Assembly (NCBI GenBank): GCA_040390065.1
Contig: JAZJZE010000013.1
Location: 1-45,731, forward strand
DNA from: a bacterium
Lineage (GTDB): Archaea > Thermoplasmatota > E2 > JACPAO01 > JAHFTW01
Direction of reading: 5' to 3'
Length of the DNA: 45,731 bases
Of the stretch, positions 26,703 through 35,310 are shown in pieces. The first letter of the stretch is position 1; each line of letters opens with the position of its first letter. A program made the translations under genes and the position numbers. The notes under the pieces are model-generated. The model was not told the origin of the DNA and did not search any database. It was given only the letters and a program-made list of their open reading frames with translations.

Positions 26703-27551
26703 TCATGAAGCCTTGGGTGGGTCCTTCTTGGCGGGCTTGCTTGGCTTGGCCGGCGCACCGGCGGGTGGCGAAGGCGTCGCGGGTGGCTGCCCTTCAGTCT
26801 CCGGCCCCGCCTCCTTCCATTCGCCCTCAGCCCCCGTCTTCGGCCCGTCCTTGGGCTTGAAGGTCTTCGGCTGCTGGACCTCGAACGACTTGTACTCGCG
26901 CGGCGGGTCCGGCTTGAACGGGACGGGGTCCTTGCTTTTCAACGGGTTGAATGCGTCCGGCGTCTCGACGGAGAGCACGATGCGGTGGGCCGGGTCCTGC
27001 TCCTCGTCCTTCTTGCCGCTTGGATCCGCGATGGCCAAGAGCGAGCCCGCAAGGCCCAGGATGGCGGCGGCGACGAGGATGTAGAAGGCGAAGGAGAAGT
27101 GCAGGCTGAACCGGAGGCCGTCGCCGGTCGCGCGGTTGAGGTCGCCAAGGCCGATGACGAAGAGCAGGATGGCGCCGCCGACCACGAAGCTCCCGACCAC
27201 GCCGACGAGGCCGCCCACGAGGCTCTGGCGCCCGATCACGAGCACGAGGCATGCCAGGAGAACGAACAGCCCGAAGTCGAGGACGGGGCCGGCAAAGCGC
27301 AGAAGCGTGATGCCGCGCGCCGAGTCCAGGCCCGTCTCGTAGTAGCTGTGCCACGACGACGGCGCCGTCTCGTTTGCCGCCAGGGTCGCGTTCGTGGAGT
27401 ACGCCATCGAGGCGCCCCAGACCTGGTCATGGTTCGTGACGGCGCCGCGCGTGCCCGACTCGACGTCGAGGAAGGGCATCTGCGCCACGACGGCGGCGAG
27501 CACGGCCACGACGACAAGGAGGGTGCCTGAGAGGCGCAGCGGTTCGCTCAC
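26703..27551 (-). CDS. Claudin-like four-TM protein with charged Pro/Lys/Glu tail (array member 4)
   Basis: QVW, GITLLR, FSFAFYIL. Four hydrophobic helices. GTG start. Confidence 0.72.
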   Translation of the reverse strand: MSEPLRLSGTLLVVVAVLAAVVAQMPFLDVESGTRGAVTNHDQVWGASMAYSTNATLAANETAPSSWHSYYETGLDSARGITLLRFAGPVLDFGLFVLLACLVLVIGRQSLVGGLVGVVGSFVVGGAILLFVIGLGDLNRATGDGLRFSLHFSFAFYILVAAAILGLAGSLLAIADPSGKKDEEQDPAHRIVLSVETPDAFNPLKSKDPVPFKPDPPREYKSFEVQQPKTFKPKDGPKTGAEGEWKEAGPETEGQPPATPSPPAGAPAKPSKPAKKDPPKAS

Positions 27552-27605
27552 GGTCTACAGTGACCCACCCGGGGCTGCGTTCAAATCCCTTGTCCTTGGA
27601 TTCCG

Positions 27606-28334
27606 CTACGCGCCGTAGCCGCACTTGTTGCAGACCGGCTTCATGCCGGTGCCGACCGAGATGATGTTGGCGCACTTCGGGCACTTGAGGCGACGCATCG
27701 CGCCGCCGGGAGCCGGGGCGGCCATCGGGGCGCTGCCGTAGGCGGGGGCGCCGTAGCCGGAGGCCATCGGGGCGCCGTATGCCGGAGCACCGCCCGGGCC
27801 TGCCCGGGATGCCGCGGGAATCATGCATAGGATGCCGGCCGTGACCGCGAGGAGCCCCATGCCGATGCCGAGGAAGGCTCCGAAGGTGGTGTTGAGGGAG
27901 GGGCCGCCGTTGGAACCACTGTTGATGACCTGGTCCATGCCGACCAGGAGCAGGATGGCCGCAAGCACACCGAGGCCGCCACCGACGAGGTTGGTGATGC
28001 CGCCCGCCGCGCGTTTGCCCGTGAGCAGGAAGATGCCGCCAACGATGGCGCCCACGAGGCCCAGTGTGAACATGATCTCGCCGCTGCGCACGAGCCAGAT
28101 GCCGTTCGAGTCGTTGGCTTGCGAGTCCCAGTAGCTGGCCGAGTGGCTGCCCTCCGAGGACGAACCGGTTCCGCTGAAGGAGGCGTCGACGGTCCAGAGG
28201 TTTTCGTTCGCCGATGCGCTGAAGCCGCCGGCGCTGAAGCTCAGCGATTTCCACGGCAGGAACTGCGCCAGCGCCCCGCACACGACGGCGGCACCAAGGA
28301 GGCACAAAGCAACGGTCCGGAGGTTCTTGTTCAT
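27606..28334 (-). CDS. Claudin-like four-TM protein + YG/Pro-rich linker + Zn ribbon (array member 3)
   Basis: LPW...NLW, GIWLVR, FGAFLG; CPKC...CNKC. Confidence 0.8.
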   Translation of the reverse strand: MNKNLRTVALCLLGAAVVCGALAQFLPWKSLSFSAGGFSASANENLWTVDASFSGTGSSSEGSHSASYWDSQANDSNGIWLVRSGEIMFTLGLVGAIVGGIFLLTGKRAAGGITNLVGGGLGVLAAILLLVGMDQVINSGSNGGPSLNTTFGAFLGIGMGLLAVTAGILCMIPAASRAGPGGAPAYGAPMASGYGAPAYGSAPMAAPAPGGAMRRLKCPKCANIISVGTGMKPVCNKCGYGA

Positions 28335-28396
28335 GGAGGACACCGGCCACGGGGGCCAGGTGGCGGACCGGCGCGTCCCTTTGTAAGGCCTTCTTG

Positions 28397-29215
28397 TCAG
28401 CCGCCGAAGCCGCAGCTCGTGCACACGGGGCGGGCGCCAGGAGCGACCATGAACACGTTCGTGCACTTCGGGCAGCGCAGGCGGCGACCCGCGGAGGGCG
28501 GGCTGGCGGGCGGCGCGATGGCGCGGGTCGAGGGTTGAGCGTAGGCGCCGGGAGCGGGTGTCGGGTACGGGTTGGGGCTGCCGTAGGCCGGTTGACTCGG
28601 CCCTGGGATGTAGGCGAGGTACCCGCCCTGGGCTTGCGGCGTGGGCGCGCGGGCCACGAGGAGCAGGATGCCACCCGCGATGGCGGCGGCCACGCCCGCG
28701 CAGGCAAGGAAGAAGCCGAGCGCGAGAGACGGCGGGATGTTGAAATCCGCCGGGATCGACGCGGACGAACTGGAGTTTGCCCGGCCCAGGTCGACGAAGA
28801 AGTGCAAGAGCTCAGAGGAGTAGCTGTTCACGCCGATCGTGAAGAGGACGATGGTGAGGGCGCCAGTCGCGGCGCCGCCCAAGGCGACAAAGCCTGCAGG
28901 TTTTGGCTTCGACACGAACGCCATGATTGCCGCTGCCGCAAGCGCTGCGATGGTGACCAGGAGCAACCAACCGCCCATCACGACGAGCGGGCCGGCCGAG
29001 GGTGCGCATTGGCTGGCGTTCTGGGGGTTGCAGAACGGGGTCGAGTAGGAGAGGCTGATGCCCATCATGGACCAGTTCCACACGTTCAGGTTGAGCGTGA
29101 CGACGATGAGGTTGATGCTGCTCCAGGCGATGCCCGGGATGTTGACGACGGCGGCCAGGACGGCGCCCCCGGCAACGAGGCTTGCTCCGACAATCTGCTT
29201 CGCGTCTTTCGCCAT
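28397..29215 (-). CDS. Claudin-like four-TM protein + Pro/Tyr linker + Zn ribbon (array member 2)
   Basis: AW...NVW...C-x7-C in the first loop, LALGFFLA; CPKC...CTSC. Confidence 0.8.
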   Translation of the reverse strand: MAKDAKQIVGASLVAGGAVLAAVVNIPGIAWSSINLIVVTLNLNVWNWSMMGISLSYSTPFCNPQNASQCAPSAGPLVVMGGWLLLVTIAALAAAAIMAFVSKPKPAGFVALGGAATGALTIVLFTIGVNSYSSELLHFFVDLGRANSSSSASIPADFNIPPSLALGFFLACAGVAAAIAGGILLLVARAPTPQAQGGYLAYIPGPSQPAYGSPNPYPTPAPGAYAQPSTRAIAPPASPPSAGRRLRCPKCTNVFMVAPGARPVCTSCGFGG

Positions 29216-29263
29216 GGGTTGGACTCCACTCCCCGCCTAGAGTGGAACCACTTAGAGTTTCCG

Positions 29264-29929
29264 TCACGCCGGCGGCGCGTCGGGAGGCGTGCCGCAGCCG
29301 CACTTGTCGCAGAACGGGCGGGCGCCCGGCGGCACGACGACGACCGCCTTGCAGTTCGGGCACTTGACTCGGCGCGGCAAGGCGGGCGGCTCCGGCTCGA
29401 CGGGTTCGGCGTAGGGCCCCTTCGTGGGCGGGCCGGTCACGCGCATGGTCTTCGGCGCTGCTGCCGGGGCGCTGATGATGCCGGGCGGGACGGCCGGTTC
29501 GCCCTTGCCGCGAAGGAGGGGCGCCGCAACGAAGGCGAGGACGACCATGAGGAGGCCCAGCCACATGCCGCCACCCAGGGGCAGTCTGTCTTTTTGGCGG
29601 GTCGCGTCGGCAAGGAGGAAGTAGCCGATGACGAAGGCCGCGTAGGCGAGGAAGGCGACGAGTTCGACGGTGTACGCCGCCTTGACGGACCGCGCGGGGG
29701 CGGTGACTGCGATGACGGTGACGACGACGAGCCCCACGACCGCGACGCAAACGGCGATGGCGGCGATGGCCACGGTGGGGGCGGCGCCCATGACGTCGCT
29801 CAAGTGAGACACGATGTACAGGAGGCTGCTGTCGCCCGGCGCCGTGCCCCAGTCGAGGAAGACGCTACCGGCCCCGGCGACTGCGGCGGCGGCAAGCAGT
29901 GTCACGCCGACGACTTGTTTGGAGTCCAT
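29264..29929 (-). CDS. Four-TM protein + Pro linker + Zn ribbon (array member 1)
   Basis: N-terminus DSKQVVG matches member 2 (DAKQIVG). FLDW, LGGGMWLG; CPNC...CDKC. Confidence 0.78.
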   Translation of the reverse strand: MDSKQVVGVTLLAAAAVAGAGSVFLDWGTAPGDSSLLYIVSHLSDVMGAAPTVAIAAIAVCVAVVGLVVVTVIAVTAPARSVKAAYTVELVAFLAYAAFVIGYFLLADATRQKDRLPLGGGMWLGLLMVVLAFVAAPLLRGKGEPAVPPGIISAPAAAPKTMRVTGPPTKGPYAEPVEPEPPALPRRVKCPNCKAVVVVPPGARPFCDKCGCGTPPDAPPA

Positions 29930-29994
29930 TCCCAAGGTTCCTGCTCCATGGGCTCGATGCCGCGCCCCGCTCTTGAACGTTGACGTGCCGTCGC

Positions 29995-30960
29995 TCAGAA
30001 GAGGTGCTGCTCGACGAGCCGCGCCGGACCCGCGGGGGCCAAGTGCAGCAGCCGCTCGACACCGGCAATCCCCTGCAACGCCGAGGCGACCTTGGCTTCA
30101 TGCGCCGCGTCCGTGTTGACGTACGCCGTGGCTCCCGTGTCGATGCTGAACCAGGCCGGCGTCCCGCCTTCGCGCAAGTGCCGCACGCGGTGCATGACCT
30201 CGACCGTGGCCGGCATCCACGGGATGCGGCCCGACGAGGCCGTCATCGTGACGGCATGCAGATTCAACGTATCGCGTTCCGCGATGGGCGCAATCTGCTT
30301 GACGTCGCGCGAGGGTAGGGCGGCGCGCATGGCCGCGAGCGCCGTCGGCACGTATGCATTGCGCGCAGCAAACAGGGGACTGGACGGCACTTCCGCGTGC
30401 ACGTTCTCGGTCGGTTCGTCGTGCATGACGAGTGGCACCACGATGCGCCAGTCGCGCAGCTCTTCGGCGGGGGCGAGCATCCGGCTGTAACTGCGTTCGC
30501 CCTCGACGACCCATTCCGAGATGCCGCCGGTGACTGCGCGGCTTGCGGACCCCGCCCCCAGGCGGGCAACTTCGGACAACTCGGTTGCCCCCGCCTGCCA
30601 GCCGTAGGCCGCGGCAGCGGCAACGGCCAACGCGGCAAACCCGGAGGACGACGAGCCGAGGCCCACGAACTGCGGGAAATCGCTCTTGGAGACCATGCGG
30701 TAGCTGCGCTCGTCGCCCACCTTCTCGCGCACGGCGTCGACCACGACCTGCACCCGCTCCAAGGCTCGGCCGGTGACCTCCTTGCCGTCGATCACGACGC
30801 CACGCGGCGCGCCGACCTCGACGGTCGTATGCGTGTGGATCGGGCCCGTGCACAGCGACACAGAATCGTGGAACGGGATGCGGCGCACCGGGTCGCGAAG
30901 GCCGTGGTACTTCACTAGGCCCTGGATGGGGTAGGCAATCGCCGAGGCCTTTCCGCTCAC
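29995..30960 (-). CDS. mvaD: Mevalonate-pathway decarboxylase, haloarchaeal-type phosphomevalonate decarboxylase-like
   Basis: PIQGLVKYHG, PFHDSVS.CT, GLGSSSSGFAA, SASRAVTG, FSIDTGA. GTGA overlap with GGGPS. Confidence 0.88.
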   Translation of the reverse strand: MSGKASAIAYPIQGLVKYHGLRDPVRRIPFHDSVSLCTGPIHTHTTVEVGAPRGVVIDGKEVTGRALERVQVVVDAVREKVGDERSYRMVSKSDFPQFVGLGSSSSGFAALAVAAAAAYGWQAGATELSEVARLGAGSASRAVTGGISEWVVEGERSYSRMLAPAEELRDWRIVVPLVMHDEPTENVHAEVPSSPLFAARNAYVPTALAAMRAALPSRDVKQIAPIAERDTLNLHAVTMTASSGRIPWMPATVEVMHRVRHLREGGTPAWFSIDTGATAYVNTDAAHEAKVASALQGIAGVERLLHLAPAGPARLVEQHLF

Positions 30961-31802
30961 GACTTGACCTCGCGCGGCGCGTCCTCGGTCTCGGGAGCCT
31001 CTGGGATGAGGTGACGGCGTACTTCGCGGCGCAGCCGCTCCGACAGGTCGAACAGGTAGTCGCCGAGCGTCTTGCGCACGTCCGTGACGCCTTCGACGAG
31101 CGTCCCCGTGACGATGATGTCGGCGCCGGCCTCGATTGCGTCCTGGGCCATCTCGGCGGTGCGCAGGCCTCCGCCCACGATGACGGGGATGCGCACGGCT
31201 CGCTTGACGGCCCTGATCATGGCCGGCGGGACGGGCGTTGCGGCGCCGGACCCTGCTTCCAGGTAGACGAAGCGCATGCCGAAGTACTGCGCCGCCAAGG
31301 CGTGGGCGATGGCGCCGTCGAGGTCGTCGCGCAGGATCAAGTCGGCCTGCCCGACCTTGCCCACCATGCCGCCGGGTTCGACGACCAGGTAGCCCATGGG
31401 GATGGCCTCGAGGCCGAGCTTCTCGATGACGGGCGCGCCCTTCACTTGCTCACCCATGAGGAAGTCCCGGCTGCGGCTGTTGAGGAGGCTCATGAACCAG
31501 ACGGCGTCGGCGTGGGCGGAGACCTGCGTGGCGCCGCCGGGGAACAGGATGACGGGCAGGCCGGACTCCTTCTTGATGTGCTTCACGGTCTTGTCGAGGA
31601 TGCGCGCCTTCTCTGGAGTCGAGCCTCCGACCATGATGGCGGTGCTGCCTGCTTCGGCCGCGGCCTTGGCCATGCGGCCGGCCTCCTTCGGTTCCTGCTT
31701 GTCCGGATCGATGAGCGTCAGATGCAGCGGCCCATGACGCAAGTGACGGTTCAGGTACTCCTCGACGAAGCGGGGCTTGTGTCCACGCCGGAAGAGAGCC
31801 AC
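30957..31802 (-). CDS. Geranylgeranylglyceryl phosphate (GGGP) synthase
   Basis: HLTLIDPDK, IMVGGS, PVILFPG, FMSLLNS, YLEAGSGA, VGGGLR. Confidence 0.95.
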   Translation of the reverse strand: MALFRRGHKPRFVEEYLNRHLRHGPLHLTLIDPDKQEPKEAGRMAKAAAEAGSTAIMVGGSTPEKARILDKTVKHIKKESGLPVILFPGGATQVSAHADAVWFMSLLNSRSRDFLMGEQVKGAPVIEKLGLEAIPMGYLVVEPGGMVGKVGQADLILRDDLDGAIAHALAAQYFGMRFVYLEAGSGAATPVPPAMIRAVKRAVRIPVIVGGGLRTAEMAQDAIEAGADIIVTGTLVEGVTDVRKTLGDYLFDLSERLRREVRRHLIPEAPETEDAPREVKS

Positions 31803-31856
31803 GGCGCATCCCAGGCGGCTGGCCGCTATGAAGCATGCTGCGGGCTGCGCCCGCCG

Positions 31857-32789
31857 CTACGTGCGCGGCTGCGGCGGCGAGGCAGCCGGGACCGGCGGGG
31901 CGACGGGCGGTCGCCGCACGCCCCAGATCGTGCCGACGTAGACGCCCGCGAGGACCAGGACGGCGCCGGCGGCAAACGATGCCCCCACGGTTTCGTGGGA
32001 CAGCCACGCCGCGACCGGGATCGTCACCATGGGCGCCAGGACGCCGCTGTACGCCTGCGCCGACGCGGTCCAGCGGCCGAGGATCCACACCATGAGGCCG
32101 AACGCCACGATGGAGCTCGCCACCAGCCAGGCGAGGGCGAGCCACGTTGCCTGGAGTTGCGGGATGGCGCGCACGTCCCCTTGGATGCGGCAGGCTGCGT
32201 ACAAGACGCTCGCGCCCACGGCCATGGCGACGGCGTTGAAGGCCAGCGGGTGGCTGCGGGGGGTGCGCTTCACGACGATGCCGGACATGGCCGCGCACAG
32301 CGATGCCGCGACGACGGCCAGGAGCGGCCCAAGCGGGACCGCGGCCTGGCGGCTCGACAGGACGACGAGGCCGGTGCCAGCCACGACCACGACGGCGCCT
32401 GCAAGCCCGGCCCAGCGGAAGCGTTCCATGCCCATGGCGACGGCCAGGACGAACGTCGTGAGCGGAATCGTCGCATACACGATGGAGGCCACACCCGCCG
32501 GCACCCCGCCCGGCCGGAGGGCCCAATACAGCAGCCCGAAATTGGCGGCGAAGGCGAGCAACCCGAACAGCACGGCGCCGACGAGGGCCTTGCCCCGCGG
32601 CCAGGCGATGCGGCGCCCGGCGACGATGGCGACGAGGATGACGGTCGCCAGGGCGAAGCGCACGGCGCCGCCCCAGAACGGAGCCAACTCCTGGTTGCTG
32701 AAGCGCACGGCCACGAAGTTCGAGCCCAGGAAGACGACGGTGGCGGCGAAGGCCGCCAGCGTCAGGCGGTCCGGGCGGTGCGCGTCCAT
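31857..32789 (-). CDS. EamA/DMT family transporter
   Basis: About 10 TM in two repeats; GSNFVAVR, RFALA, P.VTIPVAAWLSHE. Confidence 0.9.
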   Translation of the reverse strand: MDAHRPDRLTLAAFAATVVFLGSNFVAVRFSNQELAPFWGGAVRFALATVILVAIVAGRRIAWPRGKALVGAVLFGLLAFAANFGLLYWALRPGGVPAGVASIVYATIPLTTFVLAVAMGMERFRWAGLAGAVVVVAGTGLVVLSSRQAAVPLGPLLAVVAASLCAAMSGIVVKRTPRSHPLAFNAVAMAVGASVLYAACRIQGDVRAIPQLQATWLALAWLVASSIVAFGLMVWILGRWTASAQAYSGVLAPMVTIPVAAWLSHETVGASFAAGAVLVLAGVYVGTIWGVRRPPVAPPVPAASPPQPRT

Positions 32790-32828
32790 GCCGGGCCATC
32801 CCGCTGGCGCCCTAAAGCGGCTTCGCCG

Positions 32829-33710
32829 TCACGTGCGCCATGCCGCCCCGGCAAACGCGACGAGTGCCACGGCCATTCCAGCCTTGAGCATGCGTTGTGC
32901 GTACGGCACCGAGCGGCGGGCTGCCATGGCGCCAAGAAGCAGGATGCCATCCGCGGGGGCGAGCAGGCCAAGCCATGCCGTGGACCATGTGGGTGGCCGG
33001 CGCAGAATCGGCGTGAGGGACAGCGCGACGGCGATTGCCACCGCGCCGAATGCAACGAGTCGGACGATGGGCGCTGGCTGCCGCATGGCGAACGTCCGCC
33101 GGAAGCCAGCGTCCGCGTCCTTGTCTTCCAGATCCTTGAGAAGCTCGCGCCCGACGTTGACGAGGAGAGCCATGGCCGCGATGACCCACGCCATGTTCCA
33201 TGCGGCCGGCGGCTGGCCGGTGGCGGCCGCGCCGAACAGGAACGTCGAGGCGACGAGGTAGCCGATGAGGAGGTTCCCGGCCAGGCCGTGGGCCTTGAGG
33301 CCGGACTCGTAGAGTGCCAGCAGGGCGACGTTGCCGGCGGCGAGCAGCATCGGGGCGACACCAGCAAGGCCGGCGCAGGCGAGGCCCGCGATGGCCAGGA
33401 GCCAGGCCAATGCTCGCGCCTCGTCCAACGAGACCCGGCCCGACGGCAACGGTCGCCCGGGATGCGCGCGGCGGTCGAGCGCGACGTCGTTGCGGTCGTT
33501 GAGGACGTTGCCGAAGCTCGCGATCAAGGCGGCCGCGGCGGGCGCCGCGATCCACGATTCAAGCGGCAACGGCCCGGTGCGAGTGACGAGCATTCCCGCA
33601 GCCGTTCCAGCGGCTGCCATCACGGCGTTTGCCGGCCGCAGGAGGGTGAGGCGGGCGACCCAGTCGGCGCGCACGGACGAAGCGGCCTCGGCTTGCATTG
33701 TCTCGGGCAT
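32829..33710 (-). CDS. UbiA-family prenyltransferase, digeranylgeranylglyceryl phosphate (DGGGP) synthase
   Basis: LLRPAN, NVLNDRNDVALDRRAHPGRPLPSG, RELLKDLEDKDAD. Starts 2 nt after the GGR stop, inside the long ORF-track frame. Confidence 0.9.
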   Translation of the reverse strand: MPETMQAEAASSVRADWVARLTLLRPANAVMAAAGTAAGMLVTRTGPLPLESWIAAPAAAALIASFGNVLNDRNDVALDRRAHPGRPLPSGRVSLDEARALAWLLAIAGLACAGLAGVAPMLLAAGNVALLALYESGLKAHGLAGNLLIGYLVASTFLFGAAATGQPPAAWNMAWVIAAMALLVNVGRELLKDLEDKDADAGFRRTFAMRQPAPIVRLVAFGAVAIAVALSLTPILRRPPTWSTAWLGLLAPADGILLLGAMAARRSVPYAQRMLKAGMAVALVAFAGAAWRT

Positions 33711-33712
33711 GC

Positions 33713-35137
33713 TCAGGCCTTGGCTTGCGCCGTCGCCGTGGCTTCCGCCTTCGCCAGGAGGTCGTCGACCTCGTCCCAGTCCTTGCGGGCGCGTTCGTCC
33801 TCCATCTGGCGCACCGCCATGATGTATTTGCGAACCAGTGGTGCCAGCGTCGGGAAGTGCCGCAGCAGGAGTTTGACGAAGGTCGGGAACTTCGCATTGG
33901 CGACTTCCATGACGGTGGGGCCGTCGAGGATGTCGGCGAGGCGCTCGAAGTCCTTGTCGGTGAGGTTCTCCATGAAGTAGCGCATTTTCAGGAGCTTCTC
34001 CGTGACGGCACCTTCGTCCTTGGTCCAGTATTCGGTGGCGTAAGGGGTCAGCGCCGCTTTCGAGACGTCGCCTTTGCGCAGGGCTTGGCCGCCGATGCGG
34101 GCCGCGATCATGGCCGCCCGCATGGCGATGATGATGCCGCCGCCGTGGATGGGATTCACGAGCTGTGCCGCGTCGCCGACCAGCATGACGCCGTCCGCTA
34201 CGGGCTCGGCCACGCGCGACGAGACCGGGATGCCGCTTCCGTTGATCTCGGTCACGCTGGCGTGCTGGAAATGCTCGGGGTGGCTCTCGATGAACCGGTC
34301 CAAGTAGTCCTGGGCGCGGTGACCCCATTCGGATTCCTTGGCAAGGATGCCGATGCCGACGTTGGCCACGTTGTCTCCCTTCGGGAAGACCCACGCGTAG
34401 CCTTTCGGCGCGATGTCCTCGCCGAAATACAGGTGCAGCCACTTCCAGTTGAGGCCCTCGACGCCGACCATCTCGTACTGGAAGCCGGAGTGGTAGTCGC
34501 GCACACGGTTGAGCGTCCGCAGCCCCGACCACTTGCCGACCATCGAGTCGATGCCGTCGGCGCCGATTGTGAGCTTGGCGCGGATGTTGAACTCGGTGCC
34601 CATGAATTCGGCGCGCACGCCGGCGACGGCGCCGGCCTTGTCCTTGAGCAGTGCGACCGCCTGGGTCTTCGGCATCATCTTGGCGCCGGCGAGGATGGCG
34701 TCGCGGGCGAGGTGCTTCTCGAAGATCTTGCGCTCGACCACCCAGCCGAACGTGTCCTTGCCCTCGAGCACGACGGACTTGCCACTGGGGCTGTAGATGG
34801 CGGCGCCTTCGATGCGGCCGTATGCCCAGGCCGGGTCCGGCGCGACGCCGCACCAGGCAAGGCCTTCGTCCGAGACGCCTTCGGCACACCTCTTGGGCCC
34901 ACCGATTTCCTGCTTGCGGTCGATGCCGAGGACAGTGAAGCCCTGCTTGGCGAAGTCGCGTGCCGCGATGAGGCCGCCGGGGCCGAGGCCGACGACGAGG
35001 ACATCGACGGTCGCGTCGACGGCGCGCGGGATGGTTCCGGGGCGCAGCCGGACAAGGGGTTTGTCCGTGACCGTTGCCGACGGATTGCCGGCCAGGGGGC
35101 GTCCGTTCTGGACCGCGTCCGTGGTCTTGCCCGTCAT
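33713..35137 (-). CDS. Digeranylgeranylglycerophospholipid reductase (geranylgeranyl reductase)
   Basis: GLGPGG, KRCAEG, PKGYAWVFPKG, GDAA..VNPIHGGG. GAAGGTG SD-like site and TTTTATC upstream. Confidence 0.93.
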   Translation of the reverse strand: MTGKTTDAVQNGRPLAGNPSATVTDKPLVRLRPGTIPRAVDATVDVLVVGLGPGGLIAARDFAKQGFTVLGIDRKQEIGGPKRCAEGVSDEGLAWCGVAPDPAWAYGRIEGAAIYSPSGKSVVLEGKDTFGWVVERKIFEKHLARDAILAGAKMMPKTQAVALLKDKAGAVAGVRAEFMGTEFNIRAKLTIGADGIDSMVGKWSGLRTLNRVRDYHSGFQYEMVGVEGLNWKWLHLYFGEDIAPKGYAWVFPKGDNVANVGIGILAKESEWGHRAQDYLDRFIESHPEHFQHASVTEINGSGIPVSSRVAEPVADGVMLVGDAAQLVNPIHGGGIIIAMRAAMIAARIGGQALRKGDVSKAALTPYATEYWTKDEGAVTEKLLKMRYFMENLTDKDFERLADILDGPTVMEVANAKFPTFVKLLLRHFPTLAPLVRKYIMAVRQMEDERARKDWDEVDDLLAKAEATATAQAKA

Positions 35138-35310
35138 GGCACCTTCGCCACGGCGGCCCTCGATAAAAGCCTGGGCCGAGCCTCCGGGCAAGTCGGCCGT
35201 TCCGGAGGGTGGCGTGGGCGACGCCCCGCGCATTGCCGCAAAGCATGGTTATCATGATGGCCGCCCATCGGCCGCACGTGGCTGGCACCGGGTGGCCATC
35301 AAGGGGCGCG

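Noticed and set aside
27576-27587. tgcgttcaaatc matches the tRNA-Pro T arm, suggesting an att site
   Set aside because: Only 12 bp, no integrase, and it is positioned as the TATA-like box (TTTGAA on the minus strand) of the 26703-27551 gene.
31011-33980. 989-aa plus-strand ORF and similar long ORFs (35439-37919, 10641-12656, 41411-43237, 4075-5841, 8564-10303)
   Set aside because: Antisense or off-frame shadows of well-supported genes, expected in GC-rich DNA. Arg/Gly/Ala-rich with no recognisable motifs.
32829-35288. 819-aa ORF as a GGR-UbiA fusion or frameshifted gene
   Set aside because: Only the last 293 aa are UbiA-like and have their own ATG at 33710; the rest is an alternative frame of the GGR gene.
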